Assembly (NCBI GenBank): GCA_965227515.1
Contig: CBDDFZ010000001.1
Span: 1,673,600 to 1,737,599 of the forward strand
DNA from: Alphaproteobacteria bacterium
Lineage (GTDB): Bacteria; Pseudomonadota; Alphaproteobacteria; CALKHQ01
Reading direction: 5' to 3'
DNA length: 64,000 nucleotides
Shown: piece after piece, positions 48,250 through 56,525 of the stretch
Numbering within the stretch: position 1 is the stretch's first letter
Layout: each line of letters opens with the position of its first letter
Translations under genes and position numbers: made by a program
Notes under the pieces: model-generated
Database searches by the model: none
Seen by the model: only the letters and a program-made list of their open reading frames with translations
Told to the model about the DNA's origin: nothing

Positions 48250-49221
48250 CTAGTGATCCTCCACGAGGTTTTCGGTCGGCGCGGCGCCGGAGGCGATCAA
48301 CAGCCCACCGGTCAGGGCATCGGCGCGCGGCGTGATCATGCGCGGCTGGATGGTCTCGGGCAACCAGGGCTGCACCGCCGCCGCCATGCCGCCGTGCAGT
48401 GCCGCCGGCCACGCGCCGGCCGGGTCCAGGATCGCGATCAGCCGGCCGATCTCGCGCCCGGCCGCCGCCAGCAGCACCCGCGCGGCGGGATCGCTGTCCC
48501 CGGTCTCCGCGACCATGCGCGCGATGGCGGCGAAATCGGCGGGCTGGGCGCGGGTCAGCCACTCGATGATGGCGACGTGATCGTCGCCGCAATGGGCGCG
48601 CACCCGGCGCAGCAGGTCTGTATCGGGCGCATGGGCCATGCCGGCGGGCATGGCGTCGGCGTCCGCCGGTATCATCGGCGAGCCAGCGATGTCGTGGGCC
48701 AACCGGCCCTCATCCACGGCGCGGATTGCCAACGACAGCGCGCGATACCCTGTCCAGGCCCCACCGCCTTCGTCGCCGATGGGAAAGCCCCAGCCGCCGG
48801 CCTGGTGGCAGCCGCCGGCCTCGTCCAGCGCCATGGCATTGCTGCCGGTGCCGACGACCACCAGCACGCCGGGCTTGCCCTCGTGGGCGCCGATCAGCGC
48901 GATGTAGGCGTCTGAGACGATGTCGAGGCTGTGGGTGGGCGGCAGGGCGGCGATGAACTGCGCCCGCCGCTCCATGTTGCGATGGCCGGCCAGCGCGCAG
49001 ACGACGGCGGTGTCGGCCAGGGCGGTCTGGCCAAGCCCGGCGGTCGCGACAGCCTGCTCGGCCATCGATGTGACGGCGGCAATGGCGCCCTCGGCACTGA
49101 CGGTCAGGCTGGCCGGGCCGGCGGTCGCCTCGGCCAGCACGGTGCCGTCGCGATCGGCCAGCCGCGCGGTGGCGTGGCTCGCCCCGCCGTCCACCGCCAG
49201 CAGGAAGCGCGGTGCGCTCAT
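48250..49221 (-). CDS. BadF/BadG/BcrA/BcrD-type ATPase (N-acetylglucosamine-kinase-like ASKHA fold)
   Basis: 'LLAVDGGASHATARL' phosphate-1 and 'VVVGTGSNAM' motifs. Start ATG 49221 overlaps the stop of the upstream DmsC-like gene (ATGA). The N-terminal half of the 661-aa ORF-track ORF is a shadow frame and is rejected. Confidence 0.7.
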   Translation of the reverse strand: MSAPRFLLAVDGGASHATARLADRDGTVLAEATAGPASLTVSAEGAIAAVTSMAEQAVATAGLGQTALADTAVVCALAGHRNMERRAQFIAALPPTHSLDIVSDAYIALIGAHEGKPGVLVVVGTGSNAMALDEAGGCHQAGGWGFPIGDEGGGAWTGYRALSLAIRAVDEGRLAHDIAGSPMIPADADAMPAGMAHAPDTDLLRRVRAHCGDDHVAIIEWLTRAQPADFAAIARMVAETGDSDPAARVLLAAAGREIGRLIAILDPAGAWPAALHGGMAAAVQPWLPETIQPRMITPRADALTGGLLIASGAAPTENLVEDH

Positions 49222-50147
49222 GCCCGGGCCTCGCCGTAGTAGAGCGTGACCGTGTGCTTGGCCTCGGCGAAGAACAGCCAGCGGCCGACCAGGGTGCCGG
49301 CCAGGGCGCTGGCGAATGCGAGCAGGCTGAGCACGGCACCGAGCCAGCGGTCGCCTGTCGCCAGCACGATCACGGCCAAGAGGGCGGGCACCGCCGCAGC
49401 GGCCAGTAAAGCGATGACGCGCAGGCGCGTGGCGTGCCGGCGCGCGATCCGGAAGCCCATCTCCTTCATCAGGTAGTTGGGCTCGGTGTGCGGCGGCTCC
49501 AGCATGCGGACCTTTCCGATGTAGCCAAGGCCGGTGGCGGTACCGCTGTCGCTGATCGACGCGGTGCGGTCCATCCGCCACCAATAGGCGATCTGGAGGC
49601 CGCTTGTCAGCGCGGCGGCCGCGAGTGCCTGCCATGCCATCCAGGGCAGGTACTGGCCGAACAGCAGGGCCAGCAGCAGATAGGCCTGCGCGCCGGTCAG
49701 CCAGGCATACGCGAGATACAGCGCCGGGGTGTAGGCGTTGTGCCAGTGCCGCACCGTCTTCAACGAGGCATAGATCATCGCCGTGCACAGCACGGTGACG
49801 ACCGCCAGAACGGCTGTGACCGTGCCCAGGGCGCCGCTGAACTCCTCGCGGAACACCCACAGCGCGCCCAGCACTACGGCCGGCAGGAACGTGACCAGGG
49901 CGGCCACGCCCTCGCGCGACAGCCACGACGACCGCCATTGGCTGAGCGCCCGCCAGGCCCGCTCCGGATGGCCGAGGTGAAAGGTGGAGGACACCAGCCC
50001 GGCTGCGGCCAGCCCCAACGCCAGCGTGAAGCCAACGAGCCCGCTGCCCCATTCCGGTGCCAGCAGCCCCAGCGACAGCAGGAACAACAGCCCGTAGCCG
50101 GCACCCGACAGCGTCGTGAACACGATGATGGAAAGGGCGGGGTGCAT
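49218..50147 (-). CDS. DmsC/NrfD-type integral membrane anchor subunit (candidate SoeC)
   Basis: ~310-aa, 8-TM protein of the DMSO-reductase anchor family; start ATG 50147 (MHPALSII). Confidence 0.65.
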   Translation of the reverse strand: MHPALSIIVFTTLSGAGYGLLFLLSLGLLAPEWGSGLVGFTLALGLAAAGLVSSTFHLGHPERAWRALSQWRSSWLSREGVAALVTFLPAVVLGALWVFREEFSGALGTVTAVLAVVTVLCTAMIYASLKTVRHWHNAYTPALYLAYAWLTGAQAYLLLALLFGQYLPWMAWQALAAAALTSGLQIAYWWRMDRTASISDSGTATGLGYIGKVRMLEPPHTEPNYLMKEMGFRIARRHATRLRVIALLAAAAVPALLAVIVLATGDRWLGAVLSLLAFASALAGTLVGRWLFFAEAKHTVTLYYGEARA

Positions 50148-50281
50148 TCGGGCGGAACAGCCGGTCGGTGGATTGGATACCCTTCCTAGCAAATTGGCGG
50201 GCGTTGGCGCGACTGCCGTGTCGGGCCTGAGGCAATGCGCCTGTTTACGCCCATCAAGGTCTTCCCCGCAGGCGCGCCATC

Positions 50282-50302
50282 GTACATGTTCATGATATGT
50301 AC
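50282..50302. promoter_or_regulatory. Palindromic candidate operator GTACAT-N9-ATGTAC overlapping the start codon of the 50297 gene
   Basis: Read from sequence: gtacatgttcatgatatgtac. AT-rich in a high-GC context, in the divergent region between the soeC-like operon and the 50297 ORF. Confidence 0.3.
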
Positions 50303-50749
50303 ACTCTGAAGCCCGGCATCAAGCGCGATCCCATGCGGCGCTGGGCGTTGCCCGACCGTGTCTTCTTCGGCCATGGCGCCTGCCATATTCTGGCCGGTGC
50401 CTATCTGGCGAGGCCGCCATTGCCCGGCTTTCGTGCCGAGCGGATCGTTCCGCGCGACGACTTGGCGGGGAACCATATCTACCTCACCGACGGCGACATC
50501 GCCTTCGACTATCACGGCTATTCCGTGCGCCGGCGTCTGCTCGACCATCATCGCAAGGGCTGGTCGGGCCGATATCCCGGCTGGGATTGCGCGATCGAGG
50601 AGGTCGATTTCGACCTGCTGTGCACCGCGGCGCTGAACGGCCGCAAGATGCTGGGACCGGATCAGTACCTGTTCGATCCGGTGCCGCGCGCCCACCGCTT
50701 CATCGCCAGGATCGATCACACTCGCGCATCGAGTTGTGCGCAACGGTGA
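50297..50749 (+). CDS. Hypothetical protein (150 aa, His/Trp/Tyr-rich)
   Basis: GC3-rich codon usage consistent with a native gene; no family recognised. Confidence 0.5.
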   Translation: MYTLKPGIKRDPMRRWALPDRVFFGHGACHILAGAYLARPPLPGFRAERIVPRDDLAGNHIYLTDGDIAFDYHGYSVRRRLLDHHRKGWSGRYPGWDCAIEEVDFDLLCTAALNGRKMLGPDQYLFDPVPRAHRFIARIDHTRASSCAQR

Positions 50750-50760
50750 GCGCTCTCCAA

Positions 50761-51384
50761 CTAATCCTCTTGGGGCAGGAAGAACGCCTCGTCCGCCATT
50801 TCCGGCCGGGCGACGATGCTGTCCACCCGCCAGCGTCCGGCGGGCGATTCCCGGAGCAGGAAGGCAACCGGGCCCTCGTTGGTGTCGACCGCATGGACAA
50901 CAACCTGCCTGGCGCCGTCGCCCTGGGTGATCTCGTCGACCGACTGCACCTCAACCGGACCTGCAAAATCGATGGCGTGAATGCCGAGCTGATCGGCCGA
51001 CCACAGGATGACCTGAAAACTGTGGAACACGTCGATGCCAAGGAACGGCCTTTCATAGTCCATCGGGTGCTCATAGGGGCCGAACTGAGCGTCGAAGGCT
51101 TGCCTCTTCAGGTCCTGGTCGGCATCCGGGTCGAGGTAGTCGTCGAACTGGAACCGCTGAACGTGCATCATGAACCGCATCCTGGCCGTCGGGTCGAGCG
51201 CGAAGTAGGCAGCGATGAAATCGTCCTCGGCGAAGACTTCCGAGTAGGTCTGGACCGCCGCTTCGGGGGTCGAGAGGTCCAATACCTGCTCGACCCGCGA
51301 CATGGGAGGGCTCGCCATGGCGGCTGCCGCATATCCCGTGGCGGTCGCAGCGGCGATGGCAAGACTGAACGTTCGCAGGATCAT
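50761..51384 (-). CDS. Periplasmic hypothetical protein (signal peptide; 207 aa)
   Basis: N-terminal 'MILRTFSLAIAAATATGYAAAAMA' signal peptide, GGAG RBS; immediately downstream of the FeS subunit gene on the same strand. Confidence 0.6.
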   Translation of the reverse strand: MILRTFSLAIAAATATGYAAAAMASPPMSRVEQVLDLSTPEAAVQTYSEVFAEDDFIAAYFALDPTARMRFMMHVQRFQFDDYLDPDADQDLKRQAFDAQFGPYEHPMDYERPFLGIDVFHSFQVILWSADQLGIHAIDFAGPVEVQSVDEITQGDGARQVVVHAVDTNEGPVAFLLRESPAGRWRVDSIVARPEMADEAFFLPQED

Positions 51385-51406
51385 AGCGATCTCCGTTGAT
51401 CGGGGT

Positions 51407-52150
51407 TCAGGGCAGCGCCGACAGCGCGCGGTCGAGCCAGGCGAGGAAGCCCGTGGGCTTGGCGCCGCCATCCTCGGGCACTGGCGCGGGATCGCTGGCA
51501 TCGCGCGACACCTTCGGGCGCGGCGGCAGGTATTTGTTTGTTGGCCGGCAGCCCATTTCCGGCATCAGGTCATAGCCTTGGCGCTCGCGCACCAGTGACG
51601 AAACCGCCGAGTCCGGGTCGGCAAGGTCGCCGAAGTGCCGCGCGCCGGTCGGGCAGGCATTGACGCAGGCGGGCTGGCGCTGCGCCTCCGGGATCGTCTC
51701 GTTCTCGATGCGGTCGACGCAGAGCGTACATTTCTTCATCACCCCGCCCAGCGTGTCCATCTCGCGCGCGCCATAGGGGCAGGCCCAGGCACACAGCCCG
51801 CAACCGATGCACAAATCCTCCTCCACCAGCACGATGCCGTCGTCGGCGCGCCTGTAAGAGGCGCCGGTCGGGCACACGGTCACGCACGGCGCGTTGTCGC
51901 AATGCAGGCAGGAGCGCGGGAAATAGACCGTGCGGGCATGCGGGCCCTCGCCAACCTCGAACCCGTGCACCCGGTTCAGCCAGGCGCCGGCGACATCCTT
52001 GCCGTAGGCGTTCTCGTCGGACAGCGGCGCGACATGGCCGCCGGTGTTCCACTCCTTGCAACTGGTCACACAGGCCTGGCAGCCGACGCAGGTGTCGAGG
52101 TCGATGACCAGGCCCAGCTTGCGCGGTGGGGAGGGCGGCAGCGAGGTCAC
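51407..52150 (-). CDS. 4Fe-4S ferredoxin-type subunit of a DMSO-reductase-family enzyme (DmsB-like; candidate SoeB)
   Basis: Four Cys clusters ('CVGCQACVTSC', 'CLHCDNAPCVTVCP', 'CIGCGLCAWACP', 'CTLCVDR...CVNACP'); start overlaps the catalytic-subunit stop. Confidence 0.8.
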   Translation of the reverse strand: MTSLPPSPPRKLGLVIDLDTCVGCQACVTSCKEWNTGGHVAPLSDENAYGKDVAGAWLNRVHGFEVGEGPHARTVYFPRSCLHCDNAPCVTVCPTGASYRRADDGIVLVEEDLCIGCGLCAWACPYGAREMDTLGGVMKKCTLCVDRIENETIPEAQRQPACVNACPTGARHFGDLADPDSAVSSLVRERQGYDLMPEMGCRPTNKYLPPRPKVSRDASDPAPVPEDGGAKPTGFLAWLDRALSALP

Positions 52151-55050
52151 TTGCCGCCTCCCAGGACTGGGACATCCAGGTAACGCGCGGTCTGGGCGTG
52201 GCGGCTGAAGTCGGCGCCATAGCGCACGTCCTCAGGCGACGGCGGCAGGCCGGGCGGCAGCGGCAGGGCGTCGAAGCGCGGCTCGGTCGCCTCGGCACCC
52301 TCCGCCTTCTCGATCGAGACCCGCAGGTCGAACCATGCCGCCTGGCCGGTGATCGGGTCGGCGACCGGGCGCCGGTGGCCGTAGCCGTCGGCCGGGAGCC
52401 GCTCGTCGATCAGGTGGTTGAGCAGGAAGCCCTTCGTTGCCTCCGGCGCGTCCGGCTTCAGGTTCCAGGCCCCGGCTCGCTTGCCGATGGCGTTCCAGGT
52501 CCACACCGTCTGCTCGTTGACGCCGGCCATCCGCCTGACCTCAACCTTTATGCGGCCGTTGCGGCTGGAAAGCCACGCCCAGTCGCCGTCCTGCAGGTCG
52601 TGCCGGTCGGCCAGTGCGTGGGAGATGTAGAGCACGTTGCGCGCCATGATCTGGCGCAGCCACGCGTTCTGCGATCCCCAGGAGTGGTACATCGCCATCG
52701 GCCGCTGGGTGATGGCGTGGAGCGGATAGGCGGCCTCGTCGGTGGCCTGGTCCTCGTGCGGCGGGTGCCAGAACGGCAGCGGATCGAAATGGCGGGCGAT
52801 CCAGTCGCGCTGGTCATCCGGTGGCTGCACCGGGCCGTGGCCCTCGGCGGCGCGGCGGAAGCGCTGCAGCGGCTCGGCATAGAGCTGCAGGATCACCGGA
52901 TCGGGCGTGGCGACGAAGCCCATGCGCTCTGCATATTTCAGGTAGGCGGCGTTGCCGTGCTTGTAGAAGCGCTGGTCGTCGGCCAGCCGGTCGTGCCAGA
53001 AGCAGCCGTTCTCGATGTAGCGGTCGAGCTGGTCCGGATTGGGCGCGCCCTCGCCGTGCTGGGTGCCGCCTTCGCCGCGCCATCCGGCCAGGCTGCCGAT
53101 GCCGGGCCGGCGCTCGTGATTGACCAGATAGTCCGGGTAGCCGCCCGGATAGCGCGGGCCGCCGTCCGGCTCGGTCATGCCGGGCAGGCCTAGCCGCGCG
53201 CCCAGGTCCAGCAGCACGGACTGGAACGGCCGCACGTCGCGGTCGGGCTCGACGACCGGCTGCCGGATCGCGTCGGCGGGGCCGTCGGCCTCCGAAATCG
53301 GCCGGTCGAGCAGCGAGACGCAGTCCCATCGCTCCAGATAGGTGGTGTCCGGCAGCACGATGTCGGCGTAGGCCACCGTCTCCGAATAGTAGGCGTCGGA
53401 ATAGACGATGTGCGGGATCTTGTAGTCGCCGGTGGCCTCGTCCTTCGCCGCCAGCCGCTGCATGGTCTCGGCCGTGTTCATGGCCGAGTTCCAGGCCATG
53501 TTGGCCATGTACATGAACAGGGTGTCGATGGGGTAGGGGTCGCCGTCCACCGCGTTGCGGATCACCAGGTGCATCATGCCGTGGGCGGCAATCGGCGCCT
53601 CCCACGAATAGGCGCCGTCGATGCGCATCGGCCGGCCGTCGGCGTCGAGCAGCAGGTCCTCCGGCGCTTGGGGGAAGCCCAGCGGCGGACCCGGCAATGG
53701 CTGGCCGGCGCGGACCTGGTCGGGCTTGCCGGCGGGCAGCGGGCCGGGCGGGGCCGGGCGCGGGAACGGCGCCTTGTAGCGGAAGCCGCCGGGCGCATCG
53801 ATGCTGCCGAGCAGGACCTGCAACAAATGCAGCGCGCGGCAGGTGTGGAAACCGTTTGAGTGGGCGGAGATGCCGCGCATGGCGTGCATGGAGACCGGGC
53901 GGCCGACCATGCGCGAGTGGTGCTCGCCGGTCCAGTCGGTCCACGGCTGGTCGATGGCGATCTCATGGTCGAAGGCGGCCGCGATCAGCTCGTCGCCGAT
54001 GCGCCGGATGGTGGCTGCCGGCACGCCGCACTGGTCCGCCACCGCCTCCGGCGCATAGGCCGGGTCGAGATAGCGCTCGGCCAGCAGCTCCAGCACGGGC
54101 CGGGCCTGGCGGCCGTCCTCCAGCGTCACCGCGCCATGCAGGGCGGCCGCCATCGGCGCCTCGCGATGGGGCAGGGCGCGCTGGCGCAGGCGATGCCAGA
54201 CCTGCGGCTGGCCCTCGCCGTCGCGCGCGAACAGGCCATGGTCGGCGGCCTCGGGGTCCTCCACTACCAGCCAGCCGGCATTGGTGAACCTGAGCAGGTA
54301 GTCCAGGTCGATGCGGTGCTTCGACAGCACGTGATGGATCAGCGCCATCACGAACAGGCCGTCGCGGCCGGGCCGGATGCCGATCCATTCGTCGGCGATG
54401 GCGGAATAGCCGGTGCGCACCGGGTTGACCGAGACCACCTTGGCACCGCGCGCCTTCAGCTTGCCGAGCCCCATTTTGATCGGGTTGGAGTCGTGGTCCT
54501 CGGCAACCCCGAACATCAGCAGGTACTGGGTGCGCTCCCAGTCCGGCTCGCCGAACTCCCAGAACGAGCCGCCGATGGTGTAGATGCCAGCGGCCGCCAT
54601 GTTGACCGAGCAGAACCCGCCATGGGCGGCGTAGTTCGGGGTGCCGAACTGGCTCGCCCACCAGCCGGTCAGCGCCTGGCTCTGGTCACGCCCGGTGAAG
54701 AACGCGAGCTTCTTCGGGTCGTCATCGCGTATCGCGCCCAGCCAGCCGGCGACGGTGTCCAGCGCCTCGTCCCACTCGATTTCCTGGAACTCGCCCTTGC
54801 CGCGCTCGCCGACCCGCTTCAGCGGCTTGGTCAGCCGCGCCGGCGAGTTGTGCTGCATGATGCCGGCCGAGCCCTTGGCGCACAGTACGCCCCGGTTCAC
54901 CGGGTGGTCGGGGTTGCCCTCAATGTAGCGGACGCGCCCGTCCTTCAGGTGCACTTTGATGCCGCAGCGGCAGGCGCACATATAGCAGGTGCTGGTCTTG
55001 ACCTCGTCACCGATCGGCTGGTTGACCGGGATGGGGCGCCTACTCGTCAT
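52147..55050 (-). CDS. Molybdopterin (bis-MGD) oxidoreductase catalytic subunit lacking a Tat signal (candidate sulfite dehydrogenase SoeA)
   Basis: 967 aa; N-terminal FeS motif 'CYMCACRCG' with no twin-arginine leader, so cytoplasmic orientation; co-located with B (FeS) and C (NrfD-like) subunits as in SoeABC. Confidence 0.7.
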   Translation of the reverse strand: MTSRRPIPVNQPIGDEVKTSTCYMCACRCGIKVHLKDGRVRYIEGNPDHPVNRGVLCAKGSAGIMQHNSPARLTKPLKRVGERGKGEFQEIEWDEALDTVAGWLGAIRDDDPKKLAFFTGRDQSQALTGWWASQFGTPNYAAHGGFCSVNMAAAGIYTIGGSFWEFGEPDWERTQYLLMFGVAEDHDSNPIKMGLGKLKARGAKVVSVNPVRTGYSAIADEWIGIRPGRDGLFVMALIHHVLSKHRIDLDYLLRFTNAGWLVVEDPEAADHGLFARDGEGQPQVWHRLRQRALPHREAPMAAALHGAVTLEDGRQARPVLELLAERYLDPAYAPEAVADQCGVPAATIRRIGDELIAAAFDHEIAIDQPWTDWTGEHHSRMVGRPVSMHAMRGISAHSNGFHTCRALHLLQVLLGSIDAPGGFRYKAPFPRPAPPGPLPAGKPDQVRAGQPLPGPPLGFPQAPEDLLLDADGRPMRIDGAYSWEAPIAAHGMMHLVIRNAVDGDPYPIDTLFMYMANMAWNSAMNTAETMQRLAAKDEATGDYKIPHIVYSDAYYSETVAYADIVLPDTTYLERWDCVSLLDRPISEADGPADAIRQPVVEPDRDVRPFQSVLLDLGARLGLPGMTEPDGGPRYPGGYPDYLVNHERRPGIGSLAGWRGEGGTQHGEGAPNPDQLDRYIENGCFWHDRLADDQRFYKHGNAAYLKYAERMGFVATPDPVILQLYAEPLQRFRRAAEGHGPVQPPDDQRDWIARHFDPLPFWHPPHEDQATDEAAYPLHAITQRPMAMYHSWGSQNAWLRQIMARNVLYISHALADRHDLQDGDWAWLSSRNGRIKVEVRRMAGVNEQTVWTWNAIGKRAGAWNLKPDAPEATKGFLLNHLIDERLPADGYGHRRPVADPITGQAAWFDLRVSIEKAEGAEATEPRFDALPLPPGLPPSPEDVRYGADFSRHAQTARYLDVPVLGGGK

Positions 55051-55059
55051 CGGGAGAGG

Positions 55060-55386
55060 TCACGCGCGACCGGTCTTCTCGCCGTTGGCGAACAGGCGGT
55101 TGCCCTGTTCGTCGATGATCTGCTTGCCCTTCGAGATGGCGAAGCTCTCCGCCTCGTCCTTGGACGAGAAGGTGTCTGCGCGCTGGTACTCGCGTTCCAG
55201 GTTTCCGTCATCGCCGCCGGTCTTGACGATGACCCCGGCAAGCCGCCACTGGCTGCCTGCCTTGATCGGGGCGGGGTAGATCGTCAGCCCGGCGTGCTCC
55301 ACCGGATCGCCGCGCCCGGCCGGGCCGCCGTCACCGGATTTCTCGCCACCGCCGCCGCCGAACAGTTTGGATAGGATGCCTGCCAT
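55060..55386 (-). CDS. Small HlyU-family protein (alphaproteobacterial 'transcriptional activator HlyU' family)
   Basis: 108 aa with 'LSKLFGGGGGE', 'QWRL', 'RADTFSSKDEAESFAISKGKQIIDEQGNRLF' pattern recalled for this family; 9 nt upstream of the catalytic-subunit ATG on the same strand. Confidence 0.5.
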   Translation of the reverse strand: MAGILSKLFGGGGGEKSGDGGPAGRGDPVEHAGLTIYPAPIKAGSQWRLAGVIVKTGGDDGNLEREYQRADTFSSKDEAESFAISKGKQIIDEQGNRLFANGEKTGRA

Positions 55387-55556
55387 GCACGCAGTCTAGC
55401 CCGTGCGGCCGGCGCGCGCCAAGACCTGCTTGGAACCCTGGATCGCACCAACCATGATTTGGCCATTTCCGTGCGGCAAAGTGGTTGCTGGCGTGGGCAG
55501 TGTGGCCCATCGTTCTGCCCCATCGTCCGGCCCAAAATGACATAGGCGAGTTTCGC

Positions 55557-56063
55557 ATGGGTACTTTCATCAAGTTCGGTGTCTTCGCAGCCATCGCGTT
55601 CGGCGTGCCGATCGGGCTGGTCGTGTGGGCCATCTATGGCGACGGGCAGTTCGCGCTGTATGCCGGGCTCGGCGGCGGCATCGCGTTCGGCGTCATCATG
55701 GTGGTTGTCATGGCGGCGGTCAGCGCGCGCACCGCGAAGAACCGCCCCGCGCTCGACGACGGCGAGGTGCTGATCAAGGAGGACGCCGCCAACCATTTCG
55801 TCGGCATGGTTGCGGTCGGCGGCTGGCTGTTCCTGACCAACCGCCGGCTGCACTTCAAGTCGCACGCGGCCAACACCCGCAACCACGAGACATCCTATCC
55901 ACTGGCGGAGATTACGGGCCTGGCGGCGACGCGGACCATGGGCCTTGTCCCCAACAGCTTCGTGGCGACCATGGCCTCCGGCGCGGACGAGAAATTCGTG
56001 GTGCGGGGCCGCGCCAAGTGGGTCGCCGCCGTGGAAAACGCGCGGTCAGCCGCTGCCGGCTAG
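55557..56063 (+). CDS. Membrane-anchored bacterial PH (GRAM/YokE-like) domain protein
   Basis: Two N-terminal TM helices then a bPH-like domain ('FLTNRRLHFKSH'). Confidence 0.55.
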   Translation: MGTFIKFGVFAAIAFGVPIGLVVWAIYGDGQFALYAGLGGGIAFGVIMVVVMAAVSARTAKNRPALDDGEVLIKEDAANHFVGMVAVGGWLFLTNRRLHFKSHAANTRNHETSYPLAEITGLAATRTMGLVPNSFVATMASGADEKFVVRGRAKWVAAVENARSAAAG

Positions 56064-56435
56064 GACGCGCTCGGGCTGCGGCATGGGGTTGCGGCGGTCC
56101 TCCGTCGCCTGGGCGGCGAAATCGCGCAATTCCTCGATGGAGAAGTGCGGTTGGAACACGCGCTGGCCGTCGAACCGGAAATGCTCGCGCAGCCGATGCT
56201 CGTGGCTGGTCTTCAGGGCCAGGAACATGGTCTGCACCACCTCGCTGTTGGTGGCGTGGCGGCTGATGTACCACTTGCGGCCGGCCTGCTCGGCCGGGGC
56301 GCCGGTGTGGATGTCGGGCTCGTCGTAGCGGGCCTGGATGAAGTGGCCGTCGCCCATCGGCTCGACCCGCCAACGGTATTCGGGGTAGTCGACGCGCCGG
56401 GTCAGATCGACCAGGTGCTCAAGTCTGTGGTCCAT
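56046..56435 (-). CDS. Hypothetical protein
   Basis: 130-aa ORF from ATG 56435 with native-like codon usage; no family recognised. Confidence 0.4.
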   Translation of the reverse strand: MDHRLEHLVDLTRRVDYPEYRWRVEPMGDGHFIQARYDEPDIHTGAPAEQAGRKWYISRHATNSEVVQTMFLALKTSHEHRLREHFRFDGQRVFQPHFSIEELRDFAAQATEDRRNPMPQPERVLAGSG

Positions 56436-56525
56436 ATGCGTGTGCCTTCTGCGTTGCCGCTCTTCACACATAGGCACACACGGTCGTGGCAACAATTGGG
56501 TCGGGTTTCGGTGAGACGTCCAACC

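Noticed and set aside
48250-50235. 661-aa single ORF suggesting a DmsC-BadF fusion
   Set aside because: Only the C-terminal 323 codons (from ATG 49221) look like a real BadF-type ATPase. The N-terminal half is an alternate frame of the DmsC-like gene, which is convincingly encoded in its own frame (49218..50147) with an ATGA junction.
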